This document shows, one piece after another, positions 26,723 to 35,776 of a stretch of 44,211 nt of DNA. The notes under the pieces were generated by a model. That model was not told the DNA's origin, ran no database searches, and saw only the letters and a list, made by a program, of their open reading frames with translations. How positions within the stretch are numbered: the stretch's first letter is position 1; every line of letters begins with the position of its first letter. The translations under genes and the position numbers were made by a program. The DNA comes from Clostridia bacterium (GTDB taxonomy: Bacteria; Bacillota; Clostridia; UBA1212; UBA1255): assembly GCA_017963755.1 (NCBI GenBank), contig JAGCTF010000085.1, positions 1-44,211 of the forward strand. Reading direction: 5' to 3'.

Positions 26723-27643
26723 ATGCAGAGAAATGAATTATCAGTGCTGTCTTCGGACGGATTTCATGAACTGAAGGGCGTCATTTACGAGCCTGACGAG
26801 AGGCCGAAAGGGCTGATGCAAGTCGTGCACGGGATGGCAGAACATATAGGCCGCTACGAAGAATTTATGCAGAGATGCAGTGAAGACGGGTGGCTCGTTT
26901 TCGGATTCGACAATCTCGGTCACGGCTATACCGCCAGAAACGATAAAGAACTTGGATTTATAGCTAAAAAAGACGGCTGGAAGCTGCTCGTTAAAGACGT
27001 GGAGGTCTTCTTCCAAGCGGTAGTTCAGAAATACGGCATAAGCTACCCGTACGTGCTTTTCGGGCACAGCATGGGCTCGTTCATCGTCAGGCACAGTGCC
27101 GTTTCCAACACGAAACCGGATAAACTGATAATTATGGGAACTGGAGGCCCGAATCCTGCTGCCGGTCCGGGATACGCCATGGCCAGAAGCATAAGCACGT
27201 TCAAAGGCGCCGAGCGCACGTCTCCGTTCCTCGAAAAAATAATGTTCAAGGGCTACAACGACCGCTTTAAGGACGAGCCTGACGCAGATGAATTCAGCTG
27301 GCTATCGACGCTTAAGAGCACACGCGTGAAATATCTTGCGGACAAATATTGCGGTTTTCCTTTTTCCGCGAGCGCTCTGGGAGACCTCGTCAAACTGGTG
27401 GGCAACGTAAACAACAAAAAACTCATTGCCGCAACCAGCAAAACGATGCCTATTCTTATTGTCTCCGGCGAGCAGGATCCCGTGGGCAATTACGGTGAAG
27501 GCCCTGCGAAAGTTGCTGAGATGTTCAGAAAAAGCGGCGCGAACGTAGAATTGAAAATATATCCCGGAGTGCGGCACGAGATCCTCAACGATACGAGCCG
27601 GGAAGAAGTAATAAACGACATTCTCGAATTTATGAACAAATAA
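26723..27643 (+). CDS. Alpha/beta hydrolase (lysophospholipase / monoacylglycerol lipase-like)
   Basis: HGMAEH, GHG, GHSMG nucleophile, DPVG, RHEILND. Confidence 0.88.
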   Translation: MQRNELSVLSSDGFHELKGVIYEPDERPKGLMQVVHGMAEHIGRYEEFMQRCSEDGWLVFGFDNLGHGYTARNDKELGFIAKKDGWKLLVKDVEVFFQAVVQKYGISYPYVLFGHSMGSFIVRHSAVSNTKPDKLIIMGTGGPNPAAGPGYAMARSISTFKGAERTSPFLEKIMFKGYNDRFKDEPDADEFSWLSTLKSTRVKYLADKYCGFPFSASALGDLVKLVGNVNNKKLIAATSKTMPILIVSGEQDPVGNYGEGPAKVAEMFRKSGANVELKIYPGVRHEILNDTSREEVINDILEFMNK

Positions 27644-27695
27644 GCCATAAACAAATAATTACAAATATACAGAAAAAAGAAAGGAAACGACGATT

Positions 27696-28250
27696 ATGAA
27701 AAAAGTTACTCTGCTCGGAGACTCGATCCGCTTAAATTACGAAGGGCGCGTAACAGAACTTCTGAAAGACGAATTTACGGTATTCCGCTATGATGACAAC
27801 GGCCGTTTTGCGCAGTATACGCTGCGCAGCCTGTTCGAATACAAAAGCTTTATTGAAGGAAGCGACGTGATACACTGGAACAACGGTCACTGGGATCTCT
27901 GCGACATATTCGGAGACGGTTCATTTACGCCTGAAGATCAGTACGTGTACAACATCAAGCGTATCGCTGGGCATTTGTTAAAGATCACTCCAAACGTTAT
28001 ATTTGCGACAACTACTCCGGTCAGACCGGAAAACCAGTACAATGACAATAAAGTTATCTGCAGGTACAACGAGCTCGCAGTCGAGGCGCTAAGGCCGATG
28101 GGAGTGATGATCAACGACCTCAACGCCGCTGCTTCGAAAGATATTGACCGCTATATCTGCGATGATCTCATCCATCTTACTCAGGAAGGGATCGAACTTT
28201 GCGCAGGCCTTGTCGCGGCTTCGATCAGAAAAGCAGGCGGGATCAATTAA
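27696..28250 (+). CDS. SGNH/GDSL-family hydrolase
   Basis: LLGDSI, WNNGHWD and DLIH (DxxH). Confidence 0.85.
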   Translation: MKKVTLLGDSIRLNYEGRVTELLKDEFTVFRYDDNGRFAQYTLRSLFEYKSFIEGSDVIHWNNGHWDLCDIFGDGSFTPEDQYVYNIKRIAGHLLKITPNVIFATTTPVRPENQYNDNKVICRYNELAVEALRPMGVMINDLNAAASKDIDRYICDDLIHLTQEGIELCAGLVAASIRKAGGIN

Positions 28251-28320
28251 CATTGCCCGGCGCGGCGCTCTTTTACCGCGTAAACAGCCTGAATCGATAA
28301 CATAGCTTGAACTTGCAAGT

Positions 28321-28358
28321 AAAAAAATGACCCCCGCCTTAACAGACGGGGGTTTTTG
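28321..28358. terminator. Bidirectional Rho-independent terminator
   Basis: A-run, ACCCCCG...CGGGGGT stem, T-run, between the convergent SGNH gene and tRNA-Gln. Confidence 0.75.
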
Positions 28359-28360
28359 AA

Positions 28361-28431
28361 CTGCGGAACTAGGATTCGAACCCAGACAAAATGAGTCAGA
28401 GTCATTCGTGCTGCCATTACACAATTCCGCA
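28361..28431 (-). tRNA. tRNA-Gln(CTG)
   Basis: TGCGGAATTGTGTAATGGCAGCACGAATGACTCTGACTCATTTTGTCTGGGTTCGAATCCTAGTTCCGCAG: full cloverleaf, anticodon CTG, CCA not encoded. Promoter TTGCAT-17-TATAAT at 28493-28465. Confidence 0.95.
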
Positions 28432-28628
28432 ATCTGACACCGGCTTTCAAAACCGGCAAGCCGTATTATACTCCCTCAAAAAATAAAATGCAACAAGAAT
28501 TTTTTTGAAAAAAGCTATTCAAATCCCGTACCATATATGCTATAATAAAAAATACAGGAAGACGGGCGGCGGATATACGCGAGCCCGCCGATATTCAGCG
28601 AAACAATGAGTCACGGAGGACTTTTTAT

Positions 28629-30371
28629 ATGATAAATAACGTGAGTAAAAAACTGAGAATTATACCTTTAGGCGGTATTCGTGAAATCGGAAAGAATTTA
28701 ACCGTATTTGAAACAGATAAAGATATTATAATCGTTGACTGCGGCATCGCTTTCCCGGATGCCGATATGCCGGGCGTTGACTCCGTTATACCGGATATGA
28801 CGTATCTGATCGAAAATAAGGCGAAAGTAAGGGCGCTGTTCCTTACCCACGGCCATGAAGACCATATCGGAGCGATCCCGTTCCTGTACAAAAATATCAA
28901 CGTTCCGATCTACGGCACGCGCTTTACGCTCGGGCTGGTCGAAAAGAAGCTCGAAGAAGAGGGAATGAATAATAAAGGCATCGAGATGATCGAGATGCAC
29001 TACGGAGAGATGGTCATTAAGGGCGATTTCTGCGTAGAATTTATAAGGACGAACCACAGCATCGTTGACGCTGCCGCGCTCGCCATCATAACACCGTGCG
29101 GTATCGTTATGCATACGGGCGACTTTAAAGTTGACTACACGCCCATAAACGGCCAGCCTATTGACCTTATGCGTATGGCTGAACTCGGAGAAAGAGGCGT
29201 GCTGCTGCTCATGTCTGACAGCACAAATGCTGAGCATAAAGGCTTTACGATGTCAGAACGCATAGTAGGACGCACTTTTGAAGATATATTCGCTGCGACG
29301 AAAGGCAGAATAATAGTGGCGACGTTCTCTTCGAACGTGTCAAGGGTCCAGCAGATCATCAATACCGCGGTCAAGTTCGGGCGAAAATGTGTTATCTGCG
29401 GCCGCAGCATGGTAAACGTCATTGACGTCGCGATAGATAAGGGGTACATACTTGACACCGATGCTCTCATCGAGCTTGAAGATATGGACAAATATCCTCC
29501 CGAGGAACTTGTCATCATCACGACCGGAAGCCAGGGCGAGCCTATGTCGGCGCTTACGAGAATGGCCGTGGCGACTCACAGACAGATCGATATTATTCCG
29601 GGGGACACGGTCATCATTTCCGCCAGCCCCATTCCGGGTAATGAAAAGCCTATCGCCCGCATGATCGACGAACTTTGCAAACGCGGCGCGAAAGTTATCC
29701 ATAAATCGCTCGCGGAAGTTCACGTTTCCGGCCATGCCTGCGAAGAGGAACTCAAACTGATCCAGACTATCCTGAAACCCAAATATTTCTGCCCGGTCCA
29801 CGGCGAATACAGGCAGCTTATGCGTCATAAAGACATCGCTGTCGAGCTCGGTATTCCCGAAGAAAACTGTTTCCTCCTCGAAAACGGACGCGTGCTCGAA
29901 TTTGAGGGCGACACCGTGCGGTGCGACGAAATGGTGCAGGCAGGGAACATACTTGTCGACGGCCTCGGAGTAGGAGACGTCGGAAGCATCGTTTTAAGAG
30001 ACAGGCGCCACCTCGCGGAGGACGGACTGATCGCCGTAGTTATGACGGTGGACTCGAGGACGGGGGCGCTGCTCGCCGGACCGGACGTTATTTCGCGCGG
30101 ATTCGTATATATGCGTGAATCGGAAGATATTATAGAGCATATACGCGAGACTACCAAAGAGGCGCTCGCAAGAAGCGACGTATACGGCGGCAGGAAAGAC
30201 TGGGTGTATAAGAAAACGCTTATCCGCGACGCCATACACGAGTACGTATATGAACAGACCAAGCGTAATCCGATGATACTTCCGCTTATTATGGACGTGG
30301 CGCTGGGAGAGGAAGAGCAGCACGAGATCGCACGGGATGAAGATTCAGAAGATAATACTCTTTTTCAGTGA
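28629..30371 (+). CDS. rnj: Ribonuclease J
   Basis: PLGGIREIGKN, THGHEDHIG, HTGDFK, TGSQGEP, HVSGHA and PVHGE motifs. Confidence 0.96.
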   Translation: MINNVSKKLRIIPLGGIREIGKNLTVFETDKDIIIVDCGIAFPDADMPGVDSVIPDMTYLIENKAKVRALFLTHGHEDHIGAIPFLYKNINVPIYGTRFTLGLVEKKLEEEGMNNKGIEMIEMHYGEMVIKGDFCVEFIRTNHSIVDAAALAIITPCGIVMHTGDFKVDYTPINGQPIDLMRMAELGERGVLLLMSDSTNAEHKGFTMSERIVGRTFEDIFAATKGRIIVATFSSNVSRVQQIINTAVKFGRKCVICGRSMVNVIDVAIDKGYILDTDALIELEDMDKYPPEELVIITTGSQGEPMSALTRMAVATHRQIDIIPGDTVIISASPIPGNEKPIARMIDELCKRGAKVIHKSLAEVHVSGHACEEELKLIQTILKPKYFCPVHGEYRQLMRHKDIAVELGIPEENCFLLENGRVLEFEGDTVRCDEMVQAGNILVDGLGVGDVGSIVLRDRRHLAEDGLIAVVMTVDSRTGALLAGPDVISRGFVYMRESEDIIEHIRETTKEALARSDVYGGRKDWVYKKTLIRDAIHEYVYEQTKRNPMILPLIMDVALGEEEQHEIARDEDSEDNTLFQ

Positions 30372-30412
30372 TCCGGATCAATTACTGAAGAAGCCAGATC
30401 TCCGGAGTTGTT

Positions 30413-31699
30413 ATGAAGATAGCTGCAGTAATCAGCGAATTTGATCCGTTCCACAACGGGCACAAATATCTGATAGAAGAAACACGCCGCCGCACCGGAT
30501 GCGACGGCGTTGTCTGCATTATGAGCGGAAGCTTTACCCAGCGCGGGAAGCCCGCGGTATGTGATAAGTGGGCCAGGGCAGAAATGGCCCTGAGGGCTGG
30601 TGCCGATGCCGTTATTGAGCTGCCTTTCTGGTACGCTGTGTCGTCGGCACAGTTTTTCGCGCTCGGAGGCATCACTGCCTGCAAGGCGATCGGGGCGGAA
30701 GTGCTGTCGTTCGGCATAGAGTCGGACGAGGACAGCGTGCGCGAGTTTGCAAAAAGACGCGCTTCCGAAGAATACGGTAAGGAGCTCGTTGCGGGGATAG
30801 AAGCGGGCGGCTCTTACGCATCTTCGGCAGGAGCTGCGATAGGTGAAAAAAGGCTGAAACCGAACGACATACTGGCGTGCGAATATATTGCCGCCGCCGG
30901 GACCGCCGGATACAGTCCGCAGATCTTAATGATCAAAAGGGCAGGAGCGGGCCACGGATCAAAAGAGACTGAAGGATGCTTTGCCAGCGCCTCGCAGATC
31001 CGCGATATGCTTTTAGATGAAAACTGGCAGGAACTTGTGCGGCCCTTCGTGCCTGAAAGCACGCTTGAAATACTTGCCCGCTGGCGTTCTTCCGAACGTT
31101 TCGTCACCGCAGATGCTTTTTCTGCCGCGCTTTGCGTTAAAATACGTACAACTTCTCCTGAGCGTATCGCGTCGCTGCCTTTCGGAGGCGGAGGCGTGGG
31201 GCAATTATTGTATAACGCCGTAACGCGTCTTAATTCGTGGGACAATATCGTTTCGGCATGTACTTCTTCGAGGTATACGTCTTCGCGAATTTCACGGCTG
31301 ATGGTACGTGCGCTTGCGGAAGGCGAAAAAGCGGATATGCCGGATCCCGCAGAAAATGAACTTGTTTATTTCAAAGGCTCCGTTCCATACGTCCGCGTGC
31401 TCGGAGTATCGTCGAAAAGTTACGGGAATCGCGCAAAAGAAGATGCGGGCGAAAACGTCAGTTTCAGGATACTTTCCGAACTGGCATGGAGGTGCCGCGG
31501 GAAAGCGGTGCTCGTAACGGCGCCGTACGACTATTTAAGCAAAAATGTCGCAGAAATGAACGAAGGCTCATATGAGACCGGAAGAAAAATGCTCCTGGCG
31601 GACATCACGGCGCAGGCGGTGTATGATTCGGTACTTTCTGATGAACGCCGCTCGGCTGCGGACAGGGATCTTACAGAACAGTTTCTAAGGATAGGATAA
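30413..31699 (+). CDS. tmcAL: tRNA(Met) cytidine acetate ligase-like HIGH nucleotidyltransferase
   Basis: SEFDPFHNGH, MSGSFTQRG, RAEMAL..GADAVIELP, PNDILA.EY, SASQIR. Confidence 0.85.
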   Translation: MKIAAVISEFDPFHNGHKYLIEETRRRTGCDGVVCIMSGSFTQRGKPAVCDKWARAEMALRAGADAVIELPFWYAVSSAQFFALGGITACKAIGAEVLSFGIESDEDSVREFAKRRASEEYGKELVAGIEAGGSYASSAGAAIGEKRLKPNDILACEYIAAAGTAGYSPQILMIKRAGAGHGSKETEGCFASASQIRDMLLDENWQELVRPFVPESTLEILARWRSSERFVTADAFSAALCVKIRTTSPERIASLPFGGGGVGQLLYNAVTRLNSWDNIVSACTSSRYTSSRISRLMVRALAEGEKADMPDPAENELVYFKGSVPYVRVLGVSSKSYGNRAKEDAGENVSFRILSELAWRCRGKAVLVTAPYDYLSKNVAEMNEGSYETGRKMLLADITAQAVYDSVLSDERRSAADRDLTEQFLRIG

Positions 31700-31744
31700 G
31701 CCCTCAAATGTATAAGCCCTCAAAGGGACGGGAGGAAGATCGAA

Positions 31745-32428
31745 ATGATATTGACGACGCGCAGACTCGAACTGAGACCTTGGAATGAAAGCGACGCGGA
31801 AGTACTTTTTAAATACGCGAAAGAACCGGACGTAGGCCTGAACGCCGGGTGGAAGCCGCACGTGAGCGTAAGCGAAAGCATTGACGTCATAAGAAATATA
31901 TTGTCCCGCCCGGAAACGTACGCTGTATGTTTTAAAGGCGAGAACGACCCGATCGGCTCCGTCAGCCTGCATCTTAAAGGTCATACCGATCTTACTGACA
32001 GGGATGACGAGTGCGAGCTCGGATACTGGCTGGGAAAACCTTTCTGGGGACGCGGGATCATGCCGGAAGCGGCCAATGAAATGCTCCGCCATGCTTTTGA
32101 GGACCTCGGCATGAGCAAGGTCTGGGCGGGTTATTACGACGGCAATGACCGCTCGAAGCGCGTTCAGGAGAAGTGCGGATTTATTTATCAGTGGACAACT
32201 CAGGACGTTGACGTCCCTGCGCTGGGCGAAAGGCGTGTGGGGCACGTAAGCGCTATAACGAAGGAAGCATGGCACGAACTTATGGATGAGAATTGTGAGA
32301 AAAAAGCGCAGCTTTATTATAAGCAGAAAGAACTGCTCGACACTTTTCTGAAAAGCGGCGCGATAACGCAGGCCCAGTACGATAAGAGTTTCGGTGATCT
32401 TACGAAAAAGATGGGTTTCGGGGAATAA
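31745..32428 (+). CDS. RimJ/RimL-type GNAT acetyltransferase with short SHOCT-like C-terminal module
   Basis: TRRLELRPW, ELGYWLGKPFWGRG, NDRSKRVQEKCGF; tail QKELLDTFLKSGAITQAQYDKS. Confidence 0.85.
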   Translation: MILTTRRLELRPWNESDAEVLFKYAKEPDVGLNAGWKPHVSVSESIDVIRNILSRPETYAVCFKGENDPIGSVSLHLKGHTDLTDRDDECELGYWLGKPFWGRGIMPEAANEMLRHAFEDLGMSKVWAGYYDGNDRSKRVQEKCGFIYQWTTQDVDVPALGERRVGHVSAITKEAWHELMDENCEKKAQLYYKQKELLDTFLKSGAITQAQYDKSFGDLTKKMGFGE

Positions 32429-32485
32429 TAACTTACACGTGAACGGCTACGCAGCTTATTCAAGTGAAGACAGGAGATTTAATCG

Positions 32486-33811
32486 GTGACAATTAACGAG
32501 ATCAGGGAAAGACTCTTCGCGATGCGCGACGAGAAATACGCGTCAGGGCAGATAAAGATAATACCGTCTGTGGAGCCGGAGCGGATAATAGGCGTGCGGA
32601 CGCCCGAACTTCGCGAATTTGCAAAAGAACTTTATGCGGATAAAGAAGGAAAGAGCGACGTTGACGCCTTCCTGAACTCACTGCCTCACCGTTATTTCGA
32701 CGAAGACCAGCTGCACGCCTTTATAATATCACTCGAAAAAGATTTTGACAGCTGCATAGCGAAAGTTGAACAGTTCCTGCCTTATATTGACAATTGGGCA
32801 ACGTGCGACCAGCTTTCGCCGAAAGCGTTTAAAAAGTACCCTGAAAAGCTGCTTCCGTATATTGACAAATGGCTCTCGTCCGAAAGAACATACACGGTCC
32901 GGTTCGCGGTCGGTATGCTGATGCAGCACTTTCTTGACGAAAAATTCCGCCCTGAATATCCGCAAAAAGTGTCGCGGATAAGGTCGGATGAATATTATAT
33001 AAACATGATGGTCGCGTGGTATTTCGCCACTGCGCTTGCGAAACAGTACGATGCGATTATACCGTATATCGAAAACCGCGCGCTCGATCCGTGGACGCAT
33101 AATAAAGCGATCCAGAAGAGTATCGAGAGCTACAGGATCACGCCGGAGCAGAAAGAATTTCTGAAATCGCTCAAAGTGAAAACGGACAGAACTGCTAATA
33201 ATAAGACCGGCGCGGTCTTATACATACACGGGCGCGGAGGCAGCGCAAAAGAAGCGGAAAGGTACGCCGGGCTGTTCCCGGAATATGACGTGTGCGGCAT
33301 CGATTACAGCAATTACGATCCGTGGGACGCGGGAAAAGAAATATATGACGAGCTCGCAAGGCTCAGACAAAAGCACAACGAAATAACAGTCGTTGCCAAC
33401 AGTTTAGGCGCGTTTTTTACGCTGTGCGCAGATGCGGATAAGTTGATCGACCGCGCATATTTTATCTCGCCCCTGATCGACATGGAGCGTCTGATCATGG
33501 ATCTGATGAAGGGCAACGGGATCACGGAAGAGGAACTGAAAAACCGCGGCACTGTCATGACAGAGTCGGGAGAGGAGCTTTCGTGGAAATATCTTTCTTA
33601 CGTACGCGATCACCGCGTGCGCTGGAACGTGCCTACGCAGATACTCTGCGGTCAATATGACGACCTGGTGCCTTATGAAACCGTTTCGGCTTTCGCAGAA
33701 AAGTACGGCGCGGAGATAACTGTTATGGAAAACGGAGAGCACTGGTTCCACACCAAGGAGCAGCTTGCCTTTTTAGACGAATGGATACTTTCAAAAGAGA
33801 ACAGGAGATAA
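32486..33811 (+). CDS. DNA alkylation repair (AlkD-like) protein fused to an alpha/beta hydrolase
   Basis: N-half: IGVRTPELR, IDNWATCD, EYYINMMVAWYFATALAK. C-half: YIHGRGGS, ANSLG, D..VP, GEHWFH. GTG start after AGGAG. Confidence 0.85.
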   Translation: MTINEIRERLFAMRDEKYASGQIKIIPSVEPERIIGVRTPELREFAKELYADKEGKSDVDAFLNSLPHRYFDEDQLHAFIISLEKDFDSCIAKVEQFLPYIDNWATCDQLSPKAFKKYPEKLLPYIDKWLSSERTYTVRFAVGMLMQHFLDEKFRPEYPQKVSRIRSDEYYINMMVAWYFATALAKQYDAIIPYIENRALDPWTHNKAIQKSIESYRITPEQKEFLKSLKVKTDRTANNKTGAVLYIHGRGGSAKEAERYAGLFPEYDVCGIDYSNYDPWDAGKEIYDELARLRQKHNEITVVANSLGAFFTLCADADKLIDRAYFISPLIDMERLIMDLMKGNGITEEELKNRGTVMTESGEELSWKYLSYVRDHRVRWNVPTQILCGQYDDLVPYETVSAFAEKYGAEITVMENGEHWFHTKEQLAFLDEWILSKENRR

Positions 33812-33812
33812 A

Positions 33813-34454
33813 ATGATGATCGATCATGACAGTAACGAATGCCTGATCCGCCCCGAGAGGGAGGAAGACTACAGGACAGTCGAAAATCTGATAAGAGAAT
33901 CTTTCTGGAACGTATACCGCCCGGGCTGCAGCGAACATTACGTTATTCACGTGCTGCGGAATGACCCGGCGTTCGTAAAAGAACTTGACTTCGTTATGGA
34001 AAAAGATGGAAAGATCATTGGCCAGAATATGTTTATGAGGACCGTGATAGATGCGGACGGCGGCGGGACCGTACCGGTGCTGACAATGGGGCCGATCTGC
34101 ATTGCCCCCGCGCTCAAGCGGAAAGGGTACGGCAGGTTTTTGCTTGACCGCACGCTCGAAAAAGCGTCCCAACTCGGATACGGCGCGGTTCTGTTCGAGG
34201 GCAATATCGGTTTTTACGGTAATTGCGGTTTTACGTACGCGAGCAAATTCGGAATAAGATATCACGATCTTCCGGAAGGTGCGGATCAATCGTTCTTTTT
34301 ATGCAAAGAACTGATACCGGGCTACCTGGACGGCGTCACCGGCGTATATCAGACACCCGCGGGATATTACGTTGACGACGCTGACGTTGAAGCATTTGAC
34401 GCGTTATTTCCGCACAAGGAAAAGCTGAAGCTGCCCGGGCAGATATTTGATTGA
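33813..34454 (+). CDS. GNAT N-acetyltransferase (YhbS-like)
   Basis: IRPE...FWNVYRPGCSEH, MGPICIAP...RKGYG, FYGNCGF. Confidence 0.88.
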   Translation: MMIDHDSNECLIRPEREEDYRTVENLIRESFWNVYRPGCSEHYVIHVLRNDPAFVKELDFVMEKDGKIIGQNMFMRTVIDADGGGTVPVLTMGPICIAPALKRKGYGRFLLDRTLEKASQLGYGAVLFEGNIGFYGNCGFTYASKFGIRYHDLPEGADQSFFLCKELIPGYLDGVTGVYQTPAGYYVDDADVEAFDALFPHKEKLKLPGQIFD

Positions 34455-34474
34455 CGGAAGCAGAGGGATGAGGT

Positions 34475-35629
34475 ATGGATAAAAATGCGGCAAGGGGAAC
34501 CGTCTCGCTTATTCTAAAGATCATAGTAGTTATCTCAGCCGTCGTCGGAACGGTGCTGAGCGCGATCGCCGGGAGCCGCTCGTTTATGGGCGGCGGGACC
34601 GTATTTATGTACTTTACGATACAGTCAAATATTGCGATCGCGGTCATATGCGCAGTCGGTGCGGTCCTGCTGCTTCGCAAAAAGCCTGTCGCTGCGCCGT
34701 GGTACGTCGTCAAATTCGCCGGTACGGTGTCAATAACTCTTACAGGCCTTGTTTTCTGTTTCGTTTTAGCACCTACGCTGGGAAGCGCCGCCTGGAACAT
34801 ACAGAACGTCCTCACGCACGTAATTGTCCCCGTCGCCGCTGTGGCCGATTTCTTTGTCACAGGTGTGTGGGGCAATATCCGCTACCGCAGCGTTGTGTTC
34901 GTACTTCTTCCGCCTCTGGCGTACGCCGTCTATGCAGGCATCGGATTCGTGAATGGCTGGCAATTCGCTCCCGGCATTAATTATCCGTATTTCTTTCTGA
35001 ACTGGGGAAGCCCCGCGGGCGCGTTCGGTTTTACGAAAGGGCTGCCGTTTATGGGCTGCGTGTGGTGGATAATCGCTCTGCTGATACTGCTAATAGCGGT
35101 GGGCTTAGCTTATCTTGCCATCCTGAATGCCATAAAAAAGAGGCGGCTCAGGCGCGAACAGCCTGTGATCAGGCGGTTCAGAGGATCTGATGCAGACTGC
35201 GTTTCTGAATTGATACGGCGCACACTCAAAATATCGAATTCGAATGACTATACGCCGGAATGCATAGATGAACTGATCGCGCGCCACACGCCTGAATATA
35301 TTCGTAAGCGCGCGGAACACACACATTTTTACGTCGCTGAAAAATGCGGCGCGGTCGTAGGCTGCGGCGCGATCGGACCATACTGGGACAGCGAAACGGA
35401 AAGCTGCCTGTTCACGATATTCGTTGACCCCGCATACCAGGGCAGGGGCACCGGAAAGATGATAATTGACGCCCTCGAAAAAGACGAATACTTTTTGCGC
35501 GCTAAAAGAGTGGAGGTCCCCGCTTCGATAACCGCGCTCGAATTTTACAGGAAACTCGGGTATGATTATAAAGACGGCGTTAAGGAGCCTGACGGGGAAG
35601 GGCTTTACAGGCTTGAAAAGCGAAGTTGA
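34475..35629 (+). CDS. Pr6Pr-like integral membrane protein fused to a C-terminal GNAT domain
   Basis: YFTIQSN, TH..VP and YPYFFLN motifs across ~6 TMs; then IFVDPAYQGRGTG...ALEFYRKLGY. Confidence 0.8.
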   Translation: MDKNAARGTVSLILKIIVVISAVVGTVLSAIAGSRSFMGGGTVFMYFTIQSNIAIAVICAVGAVLLLRKKPVAAPWYVVKFAGTVSITLTGLVFCFVLAPTLGSAAWNIQNVLTHVIVPVAAVADFFVTGVWGNIRYRSVVFVLLPPLAYAVYAGIGFVNGWQFAPGINYPYFFLNWGSPAGAFGFTKGLPFMGCVWWIIALLILLIAVGLAYLAILNAIKKRRLRREQPVIRRFRGSDADCVSELIRRTLKISNSNDYTPECIDELIARHTPEYIRKRAEHTHFYVAEKCGAVVGCGAIGPYWDSETESCLFTIFVDPAYQGRGTGKMIIDALEKDEYFLRAKRVEVPASITALEFYRKLGYDYKDGVKEPDGEGLYRLEKRS

Positions 35630-35654
35630 AAAACAGTCCGCTATCCGTTATAAT
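35626..35654 (+). promoter_or_regulatory. sigmaA-type promoter of prfC
   Basis: TTGAAA, 17 bp, TATAAT. Confidence 0.65.
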
Positions 35655-35776
35655 CACACTTCGGCGGCAATGCCGCGGAAAAGGCAGGGATCGATAGAAC
35701 CGGGCTTTTTCACACTGTTTTTATATTAACATGAAACAGAATAAAACTAACTAAACTACACCGAGGCATACATAAC

